Assembly (NCBI RefSeq): GCF_037042905.1
Contig: NC_087263.1
Span: 13,518,001 to 13,582,000, forward strand
Direction: 5' to 3'
Length of the DNA stretch: 64,000 nt
DNA from: Lytechinus pictus
Taxonomy: Eukaryota
Below, in pieces: positions 25,919 through 40,406 of this stretch; position 1 is the first letter of the stretch, and every line of letters begins with the position of its first letter. Made by a program: the position numbers and the translations under genes. A model generated the notes under the pieces. That model ran no database searches. It worked only from the letters and a program-made list of their open reading frames with translations, and had not been told where the DNA came from.

Positions 25919-26878
25919 CTTATTTAACAACAACAAAGAAAGAAGTAATAAACAAATATATTCTGTCAAAAAGAGTGTTTGTTGTAAATTTCTTCTAATT
26001 ATTGATATTGGAATATAGTAGGAACTCTTTAAGTGCATTATGTGAAGTGATTGAGCTGTTCCTTTTCTTTGATATTCCCGACAGCCCCCCCCCCCCCACG
26101 CAAGAACGTAAAAGTTCTTTCAGGATTTGCACATGGTGTCACGCGCGTAAATGGCACTTTCGAAAAATTCTTGAAAAATAAACGTAAAATTAGAGGGTCG
26201 AATGTTTACTACCAATGGAGAGGATAAATATCTGACATTCCATATCTGACCAGGGAAGGGTGTCGTAGCCAGCTCATTTTAAAAATCAATCGCCATTTAT
26301 GAAGATAACTATGATGGGATCAAATTTATCAACTGAAACAGTAAAATAGCCCTAATTCTTTCGCCAGTCAAAAAATAGTTCCAAAGTCATTGATATATCT
26401 TCTCAATTTGGGCAAAAGAAGTTCAGTAGTTACCATTTCTATAATCAGTGTTAGATTTTCAATTATATTGATACACTTTTGTCAATCAGCAATATCAAAT
26501 TGAAAAAAAAAATTCGAATGGGTTGGGTCGAACGAATATCTTTAGCCGTCCTGTTGTAATTAGGCTCATGATACCACATGGGTTTCCTGCACGCCATCAA
26601 CGGCCGAGTAGCTCGGCATGGGAGGATTACCATAATGCGCTCAAGTAGGCTGTGAGACATAGACATACTACTAAAATCGCTATAAGGGGTCTAATTTCAC
26701 GAAATTTAGGAGGCACCTTTGCTGCGTGTTACGGGGCCCTCGCTCCCCCCCCCCCACCTTTAAAAATTTCTGGATCCGCTCCTTGATTATTCCATTTCCT
26801 TGAAAGTCCCAACAGTTTCCACAACGTGCAGGCACGAAAAAGTATAGCAATTGAAACACTTCTTTTTATTTTACTTAC

Positions 26879-27073
26879 TCTCGCATTCGGGAAATGGTAT
26901 CGAGAAATGTCCAGTGCTTGTGCAGACCACAGATGATGGCCCAGTTAGCTTATGACTAGTTTGACAAGAAAAGTTGCATTCTTGACTGTAGTTTGCTGGA
27001 ACTCCATTTTCACAGGAAGAAAGTAAGGGTACTTCTATCCCTGATACGTTGCACGTTACATTTGGGCCTACAA
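26879..27073 (-). CDS. R7 CCP exon A (FSIP variant)
   Basis: 195 nt, AG/GTAAGT, open frame. Confidence 0.9.
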
Positions 27074-28078
27074 CTTATTTAAATAAAGAAAAGGAGAGCA
27101 TCAACACATCATTCATCACTGACATTTGAAAATGCGTTTGTTAAAGTACTTTCACTCCTACATGCTGATTCGTCTAAATAACATCAAACATATAGACATA
27201 TTCTTACTATTTTTGCGATGTTTAAAATGAAACGCCTACTGAAGCAAATTTACTATTCCAAGACGACAATAGCCACCTTTCGCGAACCACAGGGACGGTA
27301 ACATTAGGGTCCCGTAACACAAAGGTTAACAGTCAATCGTACTACACTTGATTTTCACAAATGATTGAACATTGTAGTCAATAGAATCAATTTTAGAATT
27401 TTTTTGTGTGTTACGGGCCCTAGATCTGCGTTTCGTGTGCAAAATTCATTCATGCGACACCATGCATGCCTTTCGCAAGTTGTGAGATTAGAGAATCCCG
27501 TGCTTTCACATACATACGACTGGTCATGACAGCATGCCCGCCTGACCCTGGGACTGTACTCCTTCTGCTGGGCTGGAGATATGAGAAACACTTTGCGTAC
27601 ATGCCTACATGGTGTATTATGACATGAATAAGAAAATGATTTTTCAAACAAATTGAGTACATATTAAGTGAGAAAAAATGTTATTGAATTAAGGCGGACA
27701 CTCACCCCTTAAAAACACTTAAAAGTACTCGAAAAGGTCAAGCGCGTACAAAGTTCCACATTTTATTCTCCGGCGTGTTGTTTGTTACGTATTGGTATGC
27801 ATGATACACTGTAGTACTTTCAAGGGCACATGGTGTTCTGAGCATGGGGAGGTGCAACTAAAGCGGTATGGGGGTGCACCAGTGGCGTATCTAGGGCAAA
27901 TGGCGCCCGGGGCAAGTGCTAAAATCGCGCCCCTTATATATTTATACACTTAATAAAGATCATGACAAGTCAAGGCATACTATTAATGCGAGTGCGAATA
28001 TTTTTCAATATCAAGACGTTAAGATGGAATATTCTAAGTTAATTCTTTTTAAAATGATATAACATGATTCGTATTTAA

Positions 28079-28675
28079 AGGGGAATCCAACCCAAATAAA
28101 AAGTTGTTTTTATAAGAAAAAGAAAAAAATCAGACAAGTTGACAGGTGAAAGTTTGAACAATATTGGACAAACAACAAGAAAGTTATGAATTTTCAAAAG
28201 TTGTAAATATTGGTAATCCCTATACTCATGGAGACTTCAAATTGGCCGCATATGGGATGTCATAGTGATGTAAGGCAAGGACTACTCTCTCATGTACTCC
28301 AATACATATTATGGCTAAAATGTCATTTTTCCCAAAAGTTTTATTTCAAATTATATTTTTATTTCATGATGACATTAAACAATATACTATCTGGGTTATA
28401 TTTAGACTACTGCCCCAGGGGAATGGGTACTTAGGAGAAAACTACAAATCCCTGATAATAAAGTACATGGCCTATGGGGAAGTTGTCCTTGCCCCTTGTC
28501 ATAATTTACTTACCAAGTTGCCAATTTGAAATCTACATACTATTAGTGATCTCAATTTTAAAGCAGCTATAACTTTCTTATTGCTTGTCCGATTTTTTTC
28601 AAACCTTCACCATTCTGTTTAATTTATGTTTCTCCTTCCCAACACAACATTTGATGGCCAAGGCTGGATTCCCCT
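28079..28675. mobile_element. Unit-specific non-autonomous element at a TTAA site (Kolobok-like)
   Basis: TTAA|AGGGGAATCCAACC...GGCTGGATTCCCCT; right flank reads aaaaa rather than ttaa; empty site cgtatttaactaaac. Confidence 0.8.
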
Positions 28676-29436
28676 AAAAACTAAACAACGAATGCGAAGC
28701 GCGAGCTGAAAAATATTGGAATTTAGACCTGAAATCGGAACATTTTAGGGCGAAGTAATCCCACGATGCGTATCTAACTTAGCAATCAATGCAAGCACGA
28801 GGGTTCAGCTGAAAAACTTAAACTTGAAAGGAAAAAGGTTTAAGTACTATATGTGAGAATTCATGAAAGGGATCCGTATCTCATCAGCGTACCGCGAAGC
28901 GCGAGCTAATTTTTTTCATATCCTCACCTAAAAAGGGAAATTTTCATAATTGTTTGTAAAAGTCAATGAAGAGGATTTGTATTTCCAATATCAAATCAGG
29001 GCGTGATGAAAGCTTTGAATATTAAACAAGAAAAAAATTATATTTCAGAACTGTTTGTAAGAATTACTAAAGAGTAACGTATCAAAATGCACACCTGTTG
29101 CTAGAGATGCAAATTTATGATATTTGCTTTTGAAAAGGAATATTTTAAGGACAGTTTGTTAGAGTTTCTGAGGAGAATAAGTATGTAACTAATCAAAAGT
29201 TGGCACAAATATTCATCCCTGAGTAAAGACATGTATTTTCTAAATGTGTTAGAACACATTTTTAAATGTGTTGAAAACTAAATTACCATGGTCATACATT
29301 TATTCCTTTGTTTTCTTTCTTAATTTTTGTGTTTTATTTTTCTTTCTTTGCGTCTCCTGAAAGTGGCGCCTTGGGCATGTGCCCCCCTTGTCCCCCGCTA
29401 GATACGCCAATGGCCGGTGCACATCTTGGGGAGGTG

Positions 29437-29687
29437 CAGTGGCGTACCTAAGATTTTCCACAGGGGGGGGGGGGCAAAAAAAGGTCTTCAACCACAAATG
29501 AAGGATTTCGTACCAGAAAAAAAAAATTGACAAGCAAAAAAAAAAAAAAAAAGGGTAACCACAAATGAAGGATTTCGTACCAGAAAAAAATTTGACAAGC
29601 AAAAAAACAAAAAAGCAAAAAAACAAAAATTGGTCTTCAAGACTCGTCAAGGGGGCAGTCTGCCCCCCTCCCGTAGGTACGCTAGTG
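29437..29687. mobile_element. Same hAT-like MITE insertion (R7)
   Basis: Same site, TIRs and TSD as 14839-15130. Confidence 0.9.
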
Positions 29688-30121
29688 GGGAGGTGGAACT
29701 AAAGTTTGAAAAATCAGCTGTTGAAAGCAGAAGAAGGGTTACAAATTTCGTTTTGCTTGCCAGTGTCGGAGCTCCTCTACCAAAGCAGGAGGGTGCACGT
29801 GCAATCAAGAAACTCCTGTGTGGAGCGTTTTGGTCCAGTGGATTAGTCTCAAGACATTGGAATAGAGGGTCGTACGTTCGAATCCCAGCCAAGGCGTTAT
29901 TTCCTTCAGCAAGATATTGATGGTCATTGTGCTGCACTCAATTTAGGTAATGTTAATGGGTACATGGCAGCGGTTTATTCCTTGAAACGCTTGAGCGCGG
30001 AACAGTATACTTCTGCTAGCCTTAAACAGGGTTAATTATGCTCCATTTATTGTAGAGTGCTTACAGACATATTAGGCGCTATGTAATCGAGTACAATTAA
30101 TACTAAATATTAAAAACTTAC

Positions 30122-30229
30122 CACCGTATGAAAGCTTTGGAACATAGAAGGGCGGGGGAGATGCATTGCAGTTACACGATTGTCCGTTACTGAGACACAC
30201 ACTTTCGTGGGGTGCTGTTATAAATATGT
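30122..30229 (-). CDS. R7 linker exon L (CLSN variant)
   Basis: 108 nt, AG/GTAAGT, open frame. Confidence 0.82.
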
Positions 30230-31367
30230 CTAAAAGGAAACAAGAATGGTGTGTTCTGGTTGATTATTTGATGTTTAATCTTTTATTTAATTGCTAAGAT
30301 TGGGCAGTACACTGTAAAAAAATATTGGGTAAAATTTTAACCAGCACGAGGGTAATCATGCGTCCAACCAATTTTGGACAGTATTTTAGCCAATGCAGGA
30401 AGCATATTGTCCAGTAACTTTAAGCAGCAATTACTTTAGAATGGGCAAAATATTAATCACACTGGATAAATAAAAATGCCTAAAACAAATTCCCAATGTT
30501 GGTTGGACCCATAATTACCCCCATGGAGCATTTTTACACAATGGTTTTAGAGTGTACTGTATGCATGGTATGAGCAGCCATAAACAACGGACCTCGTGAA
30601 ACGAACAAAAACCTCAAATGATGAAAAGTTTACACCAAAGGGCATTTAAGGAGAAATATATTGATTATGAATATGGCCTTATTATATATCAGTGGAAAGG
30701 TAATGATGTGGGAATTATCATTTGGTCATTCAAAAAATTAATAACGAAAATAATACATGAGGTGGAAATCGCCAATTAAAAAGCGCTAAAATGCCTCTAC
30801 GAAATATGCCTGGCATCGGTCTCTGAATTGACTCGATGACGTGTATGTGTGTACGAGAGACGTGATTGGTTCTCCCACGTCAAGCTCCACTTACAACTTA
30901 TTGAACAAAAGAAAAAAAACAAGTTATCAACAAAATTTAATATATTGCGTCAAGGAGACTGTTGTACTTTTTTTTTATTAAGTAATATTGATATCCAGTA
31001 GGCCTAGAAACTCTTAAATGCATTTTGTGTAGTGTTCGATTGTTCCTTTTCTTTGAAAGTCCCAAAAGTCTACCCGAGATGCAAAAACATAGAAGGTAGA
31101 TTTGCAGTTGTAATACTTCATTCCATTTTACTAATTCGGGCAAATACATAACAAATATGTCATCAAATCAACTACTGATAAAAAATAAAAGTTATACAAT
31201 ATTAACAGCAGCTTGTATGGAAATGACCGATCCACTGAGGAAGTTGTGCATTCACTTCATTTGTTTGATTTGTTTGTGATATCTTCCCAACAATCGTCCT
31301 CGGGATGCACGAATGTCAAGTTAAATTAATTTATACAGTTCATCTCACTTCATATTATTTCACTTAC

Positions 31368-31550
31368 CCTGACATTTGGGAAATGGTTCAGAGAAATATC
31401 CGGTGCTTGTGCAGTTAACAGATGATGGCCCTATCAGTTTATAACCAGTTTGACAAGAAAAGGTGCATTCTTGACTGTAGTTTACTGGCAATCCATTTTC
31501 ACACGATGACAGTAAGGGGTCTTCTATCGATGATACGTTGCATGTTACAA
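31368..31550 (-). CDS. R6 CCP exon B (exon A of this repeat is deleted)
   Basis: 183 nt; visible inside ORF 31360..31587 (VVTCNVSSIEDPLL...FPKCQ); acceptor context changed to aaaaag. Confidence 0.87.
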
Positions 31551-32141
31551 CTTTTTTAGCAACAAAAATGAAAGAAGTAATAAACAAATATATTCTGTCA
31601 AAAAGAGTGTTTGTTGTAAATTTCTTCTAATTATTGATATTGGAATATAGTAGGAACCTTTTAAGTGCATTATGTGAAGTGATTGAGCTGTTCCTTTTCT
31701 TTGATATTGCCAACAGTCCCCCCCCCCCCCCCCCCCACGCAAAAACGTAAAAGTTCGTTCAGGATCTGCACATGGTGTCACGCGCGTAAATGGCACTTTT
31801 GAAAAATTCTTTAAAAATAAACGTAAAATTAAAGGGTCGAATGTTTGCTACCATTGAAGAGGATATATATCTGACATTCCATGTCTGACCAGAGAAGGGT
31901 ATTGTAGCCAGCTCATTTTAAAAATAAATCGCCATGTATGAAGATAACTATGATGAGATCAAATTTATAAACTGAAACAGTAAAATAGCCCTAATTCTTC
32001 CGCCAGTCAAAAAAATAGTTCCAAAGTCATTGATATATTTTCTCAATTTGGGCAAAGGAAGCTTAGTAGTTAATTAATAGAATCAGTGTTAGATTTTCAA
32101 TTTTATTCATACACTTTTGTCAATCAGCAATATCAAATTGA

Positions 32142-32616
32142 CGAGAGTTGGAAATGACAGCCTTCTTTACTCATATATTTATAACGAGAACATTTTTGTG
32201 AGAATGCTAAAAACAAAGTATAAGACCTTTCCCCCGCCCCCTCCCCCACCCCCCCCCAAAAAAAACTCCCAAACCGTGCACATTTGCAGGCAGAAAAAGC
32301 CTTGACATAAGAATACTACCATACGGGCCTGCAAAAGACCCGATCGATAGCTCATGAATATTCATGTAACAATAGCGAATGGGCGAGTAGTGTTGGGTGA
32401 GGAACATCGCACCGCTCTGTCATTGGTCAATTCCGAGCTGAATGCCTTCGCACATTCGCCTTTGCTCTGCCCATAGAAGTATGTGTATTGCTACACACAA
32501 CCGTTATATCACACGTGTCTATAGGGGAAATCTTGATTCAGATCGCGGCAATATCCGAAATCAACTCTTCAAAATAATGATGCAAAAATACAATTTTACT
32601 CAAAAAATGTCTATGT
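32142..32616. other. Foreign ~475-bp segment replacing ~1.24 kb of R6, including CCP exon A
   Basis: Homology to the unit stops after caaattga and resumes at caaagttcc; equivalent to loss of ~2648-3889. Confidence 0.9.
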
Positions 32617-34126
32617 CAAAGTTCCACATTTTATTCTCCTGCGTGTTGTTTCTTACGTATTGGTATGCATGTTACAAATGTAGTACTTTGAAGGGCGCAG
32701 GGTGGTTTGAGCATGGGGAGGTGGAACTAAAGCGGTATGGGGGTGCACCAGTGGCGAAGCTAGGGCAAATGGCGCCCGTGGCAAGTGCTAAAATCGCGCC
32801 CCTTATATATTTCTACACCAAATAAAGACATGACAAGTCAAGGCATACTATTAATGCGAGTACGAATATTTTTCAATATCAAGACGTTAAGGTGGAATAT
32901 GCTAAGTAAATTCTTTTTAAAATTATATAACATGATTCGTATTTAACTAAACAACGAATGCGAAGCGCGAGCTGAAAAATATTAGAATTTAGACCTGAAA
33001 TCGGAAAATTTTAGGGCGAAGTAATCCCACGATGCGTATCTAACTTAGCAATCAATGCAAGCACGAGGGTTCAGCTGAAAAACTTAAACTTGAAAGGAAA
33101 AAGGTTTAAGTACTATATGTACGAATTCATGAAAGGGATCCGTATCTCATCAGCGTAGCGCGAAGTGCGAGCTAATTTTTTTCATATCCTCACCTAAAAA
33201 AGGAAATTTTTATAATTGTTTGTAAAAGTCAATGAAGAGGATTTGTATTTCCAATATCAAATCAGAGCGTGATGAAAGCTTTGAATATTAAACAAGAAAA
33301 AAATTATATTTCAGAACTGTTTGTAAGAATTACTAAAGAGTAACGTATCAAAATGCACACCTGTTGCTAGAGATGAAAATTTATGATATTTGCTTTTGAA
33401 AAGGAATATTTTAAGGACAGTTTGTTAGAATTTTTGAAGAGAATAAGTATGTAACTAATCAAAAGTTGGCAGAAATACTCATCCCTGAGTAAAGACATGT
33501 ATTTTCTAAATGTGTTAGAACACATTTTTGAATATGTTGAAAACTAAATTACCATGGTAATACATTTGTTAATTTATTTTCTTTCTTCATTTTATTATTT
33601 TCTTTTTCTTTCTTTGCGTCCCCTGAAAGTGGCGCCTGGGGCAGGTGCCCCCCTTGTCCCCCGCTAAATACGCCACTGGCCGGTGCACATCTTGGGGAGG
33701 TGGAACTAAAGTTTGGAAAATCAGCTGTTGAAAGCAGAAGAAGGGTTACAAATTTCGTTTTGCTTGCCAGTGTCGGAGCTCCTCTACCAAAGCAGGAGGG
33801 TGCACGTGTTATCAAGAAACTCCGGTGTGGAGCGTTTTGGTCCAGTGGATTAGTCTCCAGACATTGGAATAGAGGGTCGTACGTTCGAATCCCAGCCAAG
33901 GCGTTATTTCCTTCAGCAAGATATTGATGGTCATTGTGCTGCACTCAATTTAGGTAATGTTAATGGGTACATGGGACCGACTTATTTCTTAAAACGCTTG
34001 AGCGCGGAACAGTATACCTCTGCTTAAACAGGGTTAATTATGCTCAATTTATTGTAGAGCGCTTAGAGACGTGATAATAGGCGCTATGTAATCGAATACA
34101 ATTAATACTAAATATTAAAAACTTAC

Positions 34127-34234
34127 CACCGTATGAAAGCTTTGGAACATAGAAGGGCGGCGGAGATGCATTGCAGTTACACGATTGTCCGTTACTGAAA
34201 CACACACTTTCGTGGGGTGCTGTTATAAATATGT
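34127..34234 (-). CDS. R6 linker exon L
   Basis: 108 nt, AG/GTAAGT, open frame. Confidence 0.82.
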
Positions 34235-35423
34235 CTAAAAGGAAACAAGAATGGTGTGTTCTGGTTGATTATTTGATGTTTAATCTTTCATTTTATTGCT
34301 AAGATTGGGCAGTACACTGTAAAAAAATAGTGGGTAAAATCTTAACCAGCACGAGGGTAATCATGTGTCCAACCAATTTTGGACAGTATTTTACCCAATG
34401 CAGGAAGCATATTGTCCAGTAACGTTAAACAATAAGCAACACTTACGTTACAATGGGCAAAATTTTAATCACACTGAATAAATAAAAATGCCCAAAACAA
34501 ATTCCCAATGTTGGTTGGACCCACAATTACCCCCATGGAGCATTTTTACACAATATTTTTAGAGTGTACTGTATACATGGTATGAGCAGCCATAAACAAC
34601 GTACCTCGTGAAACTAACAAAAACCTCAAATGATGAAAAGTTAACACCAAATTAAAGAGCATTAAAGGAGAAATATATTGATTATGAATATGGCCTTATT
34701 ATATATTAGTGCAAAGGTAATGATGTGGGATTTATCATTTGGTCATTCAAAAATAACGAAAATAATACATGAGGTGGAAATCGCCAATTAAAAAGCGCTA
34801 AAATGCCTCTCCGAAATATGCCTCGCATCGGTCTCTGAATAGACTCGATGACGTGTATGTGTGTACGAGAGACGTGATTGGTTCTCCCACGTCAAGCTCC
34901 ACTTACAACTTATTGAACAAAAGAAAAGAAAAAAGTTATCCACAAAATGTAATATATTCCGTCAAAAAGACTGTTGTACTTTTCTTTTATTTAGTGATAT
35001 TGATATCCAGTAGGCCTAGAAACTCTTAAATGCATTTTGTGTAGTGTTCGATTGTTCCTTTTCTTTGAAAGTCCCAATAGTCTCCCCGAGATGCAAGAAC
35101 GTAGAAGGTAGTTTAGCAGTTGTAATACTTCATTCTATTTTACTTATTCGGGCAAATACAAAACAAATATGTCATCAAATCAACTACAGATAAATAATAA
35201 AAGTTATACAATAGTAACAACAGCTTGTATGGAAATGACCGATCCACTGAGGACTATTACGTAACTTCTATTTTCATATTAAGGTCTGGAGGAACTACTT
35301 GTTGGAAGTTGTGCATCCACTTCATTTGTTTGTGATATCTTCCCAACGACCGTCCTCGGGATGCACGAATGTCAAGCTAAATTAATTTATTCAGTTCATC
35401 TCACTTTATATTATTTCACTTAC

Positions 35424-35606
35424 GCTGACATTCGGGAAATGGTTCAGAGAAATATCCGTTGCTTGTGCAGTTAAGAGATGATGGCCCAATCAGTTCATAA
35501 CCAGTTTGACAAGAAAAGGTGCATTCTTGACTGTAGACTACTGGAAATCCATTTTCACACGATGAAAGTAAGGGGTCTTCTATCGATGATACGTTGCATG
35601 TTACAA
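35424..35606 (-). CDS. R5 CCP exon B (donor -1 base is C)
   Basis: 183 nt, C|GTAAGT donor, open frame. Confidence 0.87.
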
Positions 35607-36566
35607 CTTATTTAACAACAAAAAAGAAAGAAGTAATAAACAAATATATTCTGTCAAAAAGAGTGTTTGTTGTAAATTTCTTCTAATTATTGATATTGGA
35701 ATATAGTAGGAACTCTTTAAGTGCATTATGTGAAGTGATTGAGCTGTTCCTTTTCTTTGATATTCCCGACAGCCCCCCCCCCCCCCCCCCACGCAAGAAC
35801 GTAAAAGTTCGTTCAGGATTTGCACATGGTGTCACGCGCGTAAATGGCACTTTGAAAAATTCTTTAAAAAATAAACGTAAAATTAGAGGGTCGAATGTTT
35901 ACTACCAATGGAGAGGATATATATCTGACATTCCATATCTGACCAGGGAAGGGTATCGTAGCCAGCTCATTTTAAAAATCAATCGCCATTTATGAAGATA
36001 ACTATGATGGGATCAAATTTATCAACTGAAACAGTAAAATAGCCCTAATTCTTTCGCCAGTCAAAAAATAGTTCCAAAGTCATTGATATATCTTCTCAAT
36101 TTGGGCAAAAGAAGTTCAGTAGTTACCATTTCTATAATCAGTGTTAGATTTTCAATTATATTCATACACTTTTGTCAATCAGCAATATCAAATTGAAAAA
36201 AAAATTCGAATGGGTTGGGTCGAACGAATATCTTTAGCCGTCCTGTTGTAATTAGGCTCATGATACCACATGGGTTTCCTGCACGCCATCAACGGCCGAG
36301 TAGCTCGGCATGGGAGGATTACCATAATGCGCTCAAGTAGGCTGTGAGACATGGACATACTACTAAAATCGCTATAAGGGGTCTAATTTCACGAAATTTA
36401 GGAGGCACCTTTGGTGCGTGTTACGGGGCCCTTGCTCCCCCCCACCTTAAACATTTTCTGGATCCGCCCCTTGATTATTCCATTTCCTTGAAAGTCCCAA
36501 CAGTTTCCACAACGTGCAGGAACGAAAAAGCATAGCAATTGAAACACTTCTTTTTATTTTACTTAC

Positions 36567-36761
36567 TCTCGCATTCGGGAAATGGTTCCGAGAAATGTCC
36601 AGTGCTTGTGCAGACCACAGATGATGGCCCAGTTAGCTTATGACTAGTTTGACAAGAAAAGTTGCATTCTTGACTGTAGTTTGCTGGAACTCCATTTTCA
36701 CAGGAAGAAAGTAAGGGTACTTCTATCCCTGATACGTTGCACGTTACATTTTGGCCTACAA
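36567..36761 (-). CDS. R5 CCP exon A
   Basis: 195 nt, AG/GTAAGT, open frame. Confidence 0.9.
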
Positions 36762-38927
36762 CTTATTTAAATAAAGAAAAGGAGAGCATCAACACATCAT
36801 TCATCACTGACATTTGAAAATGCGTTTGTTAAGTACTTTCACTCCTACATGCTGATTCGTCTAAATAACATCAAACATATAGACCTATTCTTACTATTTT
36901 TGCGATGTTTAAAATGAAACGCCTACTGAAGCAAATTTACTATTCCAAGACGACAATTGCCACCTTTCGCGAACCTCAGGGACGGTAACATTTGGGTCCC
37001 GTGACACAAAGGTTAACAATTAATCGTACGACACTAGATTTTCACAATTGATTGAACGTTGTAATCAATAGAATCAATTGTAGAAAATTGTTTCTGTTAC
37101 GGGCCCTAGATCTGCGTTTCGTGTGCAAAATTCATTCATTCGACACCATGCATGCCTTTCGCAAGTTGTGAGATTAGAGAATCCCGTGCTTTCACATACA
37201 TACGACTGGTCATGACAGCATGCCCGCCTGACCCTGGAATTGTACTCCTGCCGCTGGGCTGGAGAAATGAGAAACACTTCGCGTACATGCCTACATGGTG
37301 TACTATGACATGAATAAGAAAATGTATTTCAAACAAATTGAGTACATATTAAGTGAGGAAAAATATTATTGAATTAAGGCGGACACCCACCCCTTAAAAA
37401 CACTTAAAAGTACTCGAAAAGGTCAAGCACGTACAAAGTTCCACATTTTATTCTCATGCGTGTTGTTTCTTACGTATTGGTATGCATGTTACAAATGTAG
37501 TACTTTCAAGGGCGCAGGGTGGTTTGAGCATGGGGAGGTGGAACTAAAGCGGTATGGGGGTGCACCAGTTGCGTATCTAGGGCAAATGGCGCCCGCGGCA
37601 AGTGCTAAAATCGCGCCCCTTATACATGTATATTTCTACACCTAATAAAGACATGACAAGTCAAGGCATACTATTAATGCGAGTGCGAATATTTTTCAAT
37701 ATCAAGACGTTAAGATGGAATATTCTAAGTTAATTCTTTTTAAAATGATATAACATGATTTGTATTTAACTAAACAACGAATGCGAAGCGCGAGCTGACA
37801 ATATTAGAATTTAGACCTGAAATCGGAACATTTTAGGGCGAAGTAATCCCACGATGCGTATCTAACTTAGCAATCAATGCAAGCACGAGGGTTCAGCTGA
37901 AATACTTAAACTTGAAAAGGAAAAAGGTTTAGGTACTATATGTACGAATTCATGAAAGGGATCTGTATCTCATCAGCGTAGCGCGAAGCGCGAGCTAATT
38001 TTTTTCATATCCTCACCTAAAAAGGGAAATTTTCATAATTGTTTGTAAAAGTCAATGAAGAGGATTTGTATTTCCAATATCAAATCAGAGCGTGATGAAA
38101 GCTTTGAATATTAAACAAGAAAAAAATTATATTTCAGAAATGTTTGTAAGAATTACTAAAGAGTAACGTATCAAAATGCACACCTGTAGCTAGAGATGAA
38201 AATTTATGATATTTGCTTTTGAAAAGGAATATTTTAAGGACAGTTTGTTAGAATTTCTAAGGAGAATAAGTATGTAACTAATCAAAAGTTGGCACAAATA
38301 TTCATCCCCGAGTAAAGACATGTATTTTCTAAATGTGTTGAAAACTAAATTACCATGGTAATACATTTATTCCTATGTTTTCTTTCTTCATTTTTGTGTT
38401 TTCTTTTTCTTTCTTTGCGTCCCCTGAAAGTGGCGCCTGGGGCAGGTGCCCCCCTTGTCCCCTGCTAGATACGCCACTGGCCGGTGCACATGTTGGGGAG
38501 GTGGAACTAAAGTTTGGAAAATCAGCTGTTGAAAGCAGAAGAAAGGTTACAAATTTCGTTTTGCTTGCCAGTGTCGGAGCTCCTCTACCAAAGCAGGAAG
38601 GTGCACGTGCGATCAAGAAACTCCTGTGTGGAGCGTTTTTGCCCACTGGATTCGTCTCAAGACATTGGAATCGAGGGTCGTACGTTCGAATCCCAGCCAA
38701 GGCGTTATTTCCTTCAGCAAGATATTGATGGTCATTGTGCTGCACTCAATTTAGGTAATGTTAATGGGTACATGGCACCGACTTATTTCTTGAAACGCTT
38801 GAGCGTGGAACAGTATACCTCTGCTTAAACAGGGTTAATTATGCTCCATTTATTGTAGAGCGCTTAGAGACATGATAATAGGCGCTAAATAATCGAGTAC
38901 AATTAATACTAAATATTAAAAACTTAC

Positions 38928-39035
38928 CACCGTATGAAAGCTTTGGAACATAGAAGGGCGGGGGAGATGCATTGCAGTTACACGATTGTCCGTTACTGAA
39001 ACACACACTTTCGTGGGGTGCTGTTATAAATATGT
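38928..39035 (-). CDS. R5 linker exon L
   Basis: 108 nt, tttatag acceptor, GTAAGT donor. Confidence 0.82.
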
Positions 39036-40223
39036 CTATAAAAAGGAAACAAGAATGGTGTGTTCTGGTCGATTATTTGATGTTTAATCGTTCATTTTAT
39101 TGCTAAGATTGGGCAGTACACTGTAACCAAATATTGGGTAAAATTTTAACCAGCACGAGGGTAATCATGTGTCCAACCAATTTTGGACAGTATTTTACCC
39201 AATGCAGGAAGCATATTGTCCAGTAACGTTAAACAATAAGCAACAATTACTTTAGAATGGGCAAAATTTTAATCACACTGAATAGATAAAAATGCCCAAA
39301 AACAAATTCCCAATGTTGGTTGGACCCATAATTACCCCCATGGAGCATTTTTACACAATATTTTTAGAGTGTACTGTATACATGGTATGAGCAGCCATAA
39401 ACAACGTACCTCGTGAAACGAACAAAAACCTCAAATGATGAAAAGTTAACACCAAAGGGCATTAAAGGAGAAATATATTGATTATAAATATGGCCTTATT
39501 ATATATTAGTGCAAAGGTAATGATGTGGGAATTATCATTTGGTCATTCAAAAATAACGAAAATAATACATGAGGTGGAAATCGCCAATTAAAAAGCGCTA
39601 AAATGCCTCTCCGAAATATGCCTCGCATCGGTCTCTGAATTGACTCGATGACGTGTATGTGTGTACGGGAGACGTGATTGGTTCTCCCACGTCAAGCTCC
39701 ACTTACAACTTATTGAACGAAAGAAAAGAAAAAAGTTATCCACAAAATGTAATATATTCCGTCAAAAAGACTGTTGCACTTTTCTTTAATTTAGTGATAT
39801 CGATATCCAGTAGGCCTAGAAACTCTTAAATGCATTTTGTGTAGTGTTCGATTGTTCCTTTTCTTTGAAAGTCCCAATAGTCTCCCCGAGATGCAAGAAC
39901 GTAGAAGGTAGTTTAGCAGTTGTAATACTTCATTCTATTTTACTTATTCGGGCAAATACAAAACAAATATGTCATCAAATCAACTACAGATAAATAATAA
40001 AAGTTATACAATAGTAACAACAGCTTGTATGGAAATGACCGATCCACTGAGGACTATTACGTAACTTCTATTTTCATATTAAGGTCTGGAGGAACTACTT
40101 GTTGGAAGTTGTGCATCCACTTCATTTGTTTGTGATATCTTCCCAACGACCGTCCTCGGGATGCACGAATGTCAAGCTAAATTAATTTATTCAGTTCATC
40201 TCACTTTATATTATTTCACTTAC

Positions 40224-40406
40224 CCTGACATTCGGGAAATGGTTCAGAGAAATATCCGTTGCTTGTGCAGTTAAGAGATGATGGCCCAATCAGTTCATAA
40301 CCAGTTTGACAAGAAAAGGTGCATTCTTGACTGTAGACTACTGGAAATCCATTTTCACACGATGAAAGTAAGGGGTCTTCTATCGATGATACGTTGCATG
40401 TTACAA
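40224..40406 (-). CDS. R4 CCP exon B (VVYS variant)
   Basis: 183 nt, AG/GTAAGT, open frame. Confidence 0.9.
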
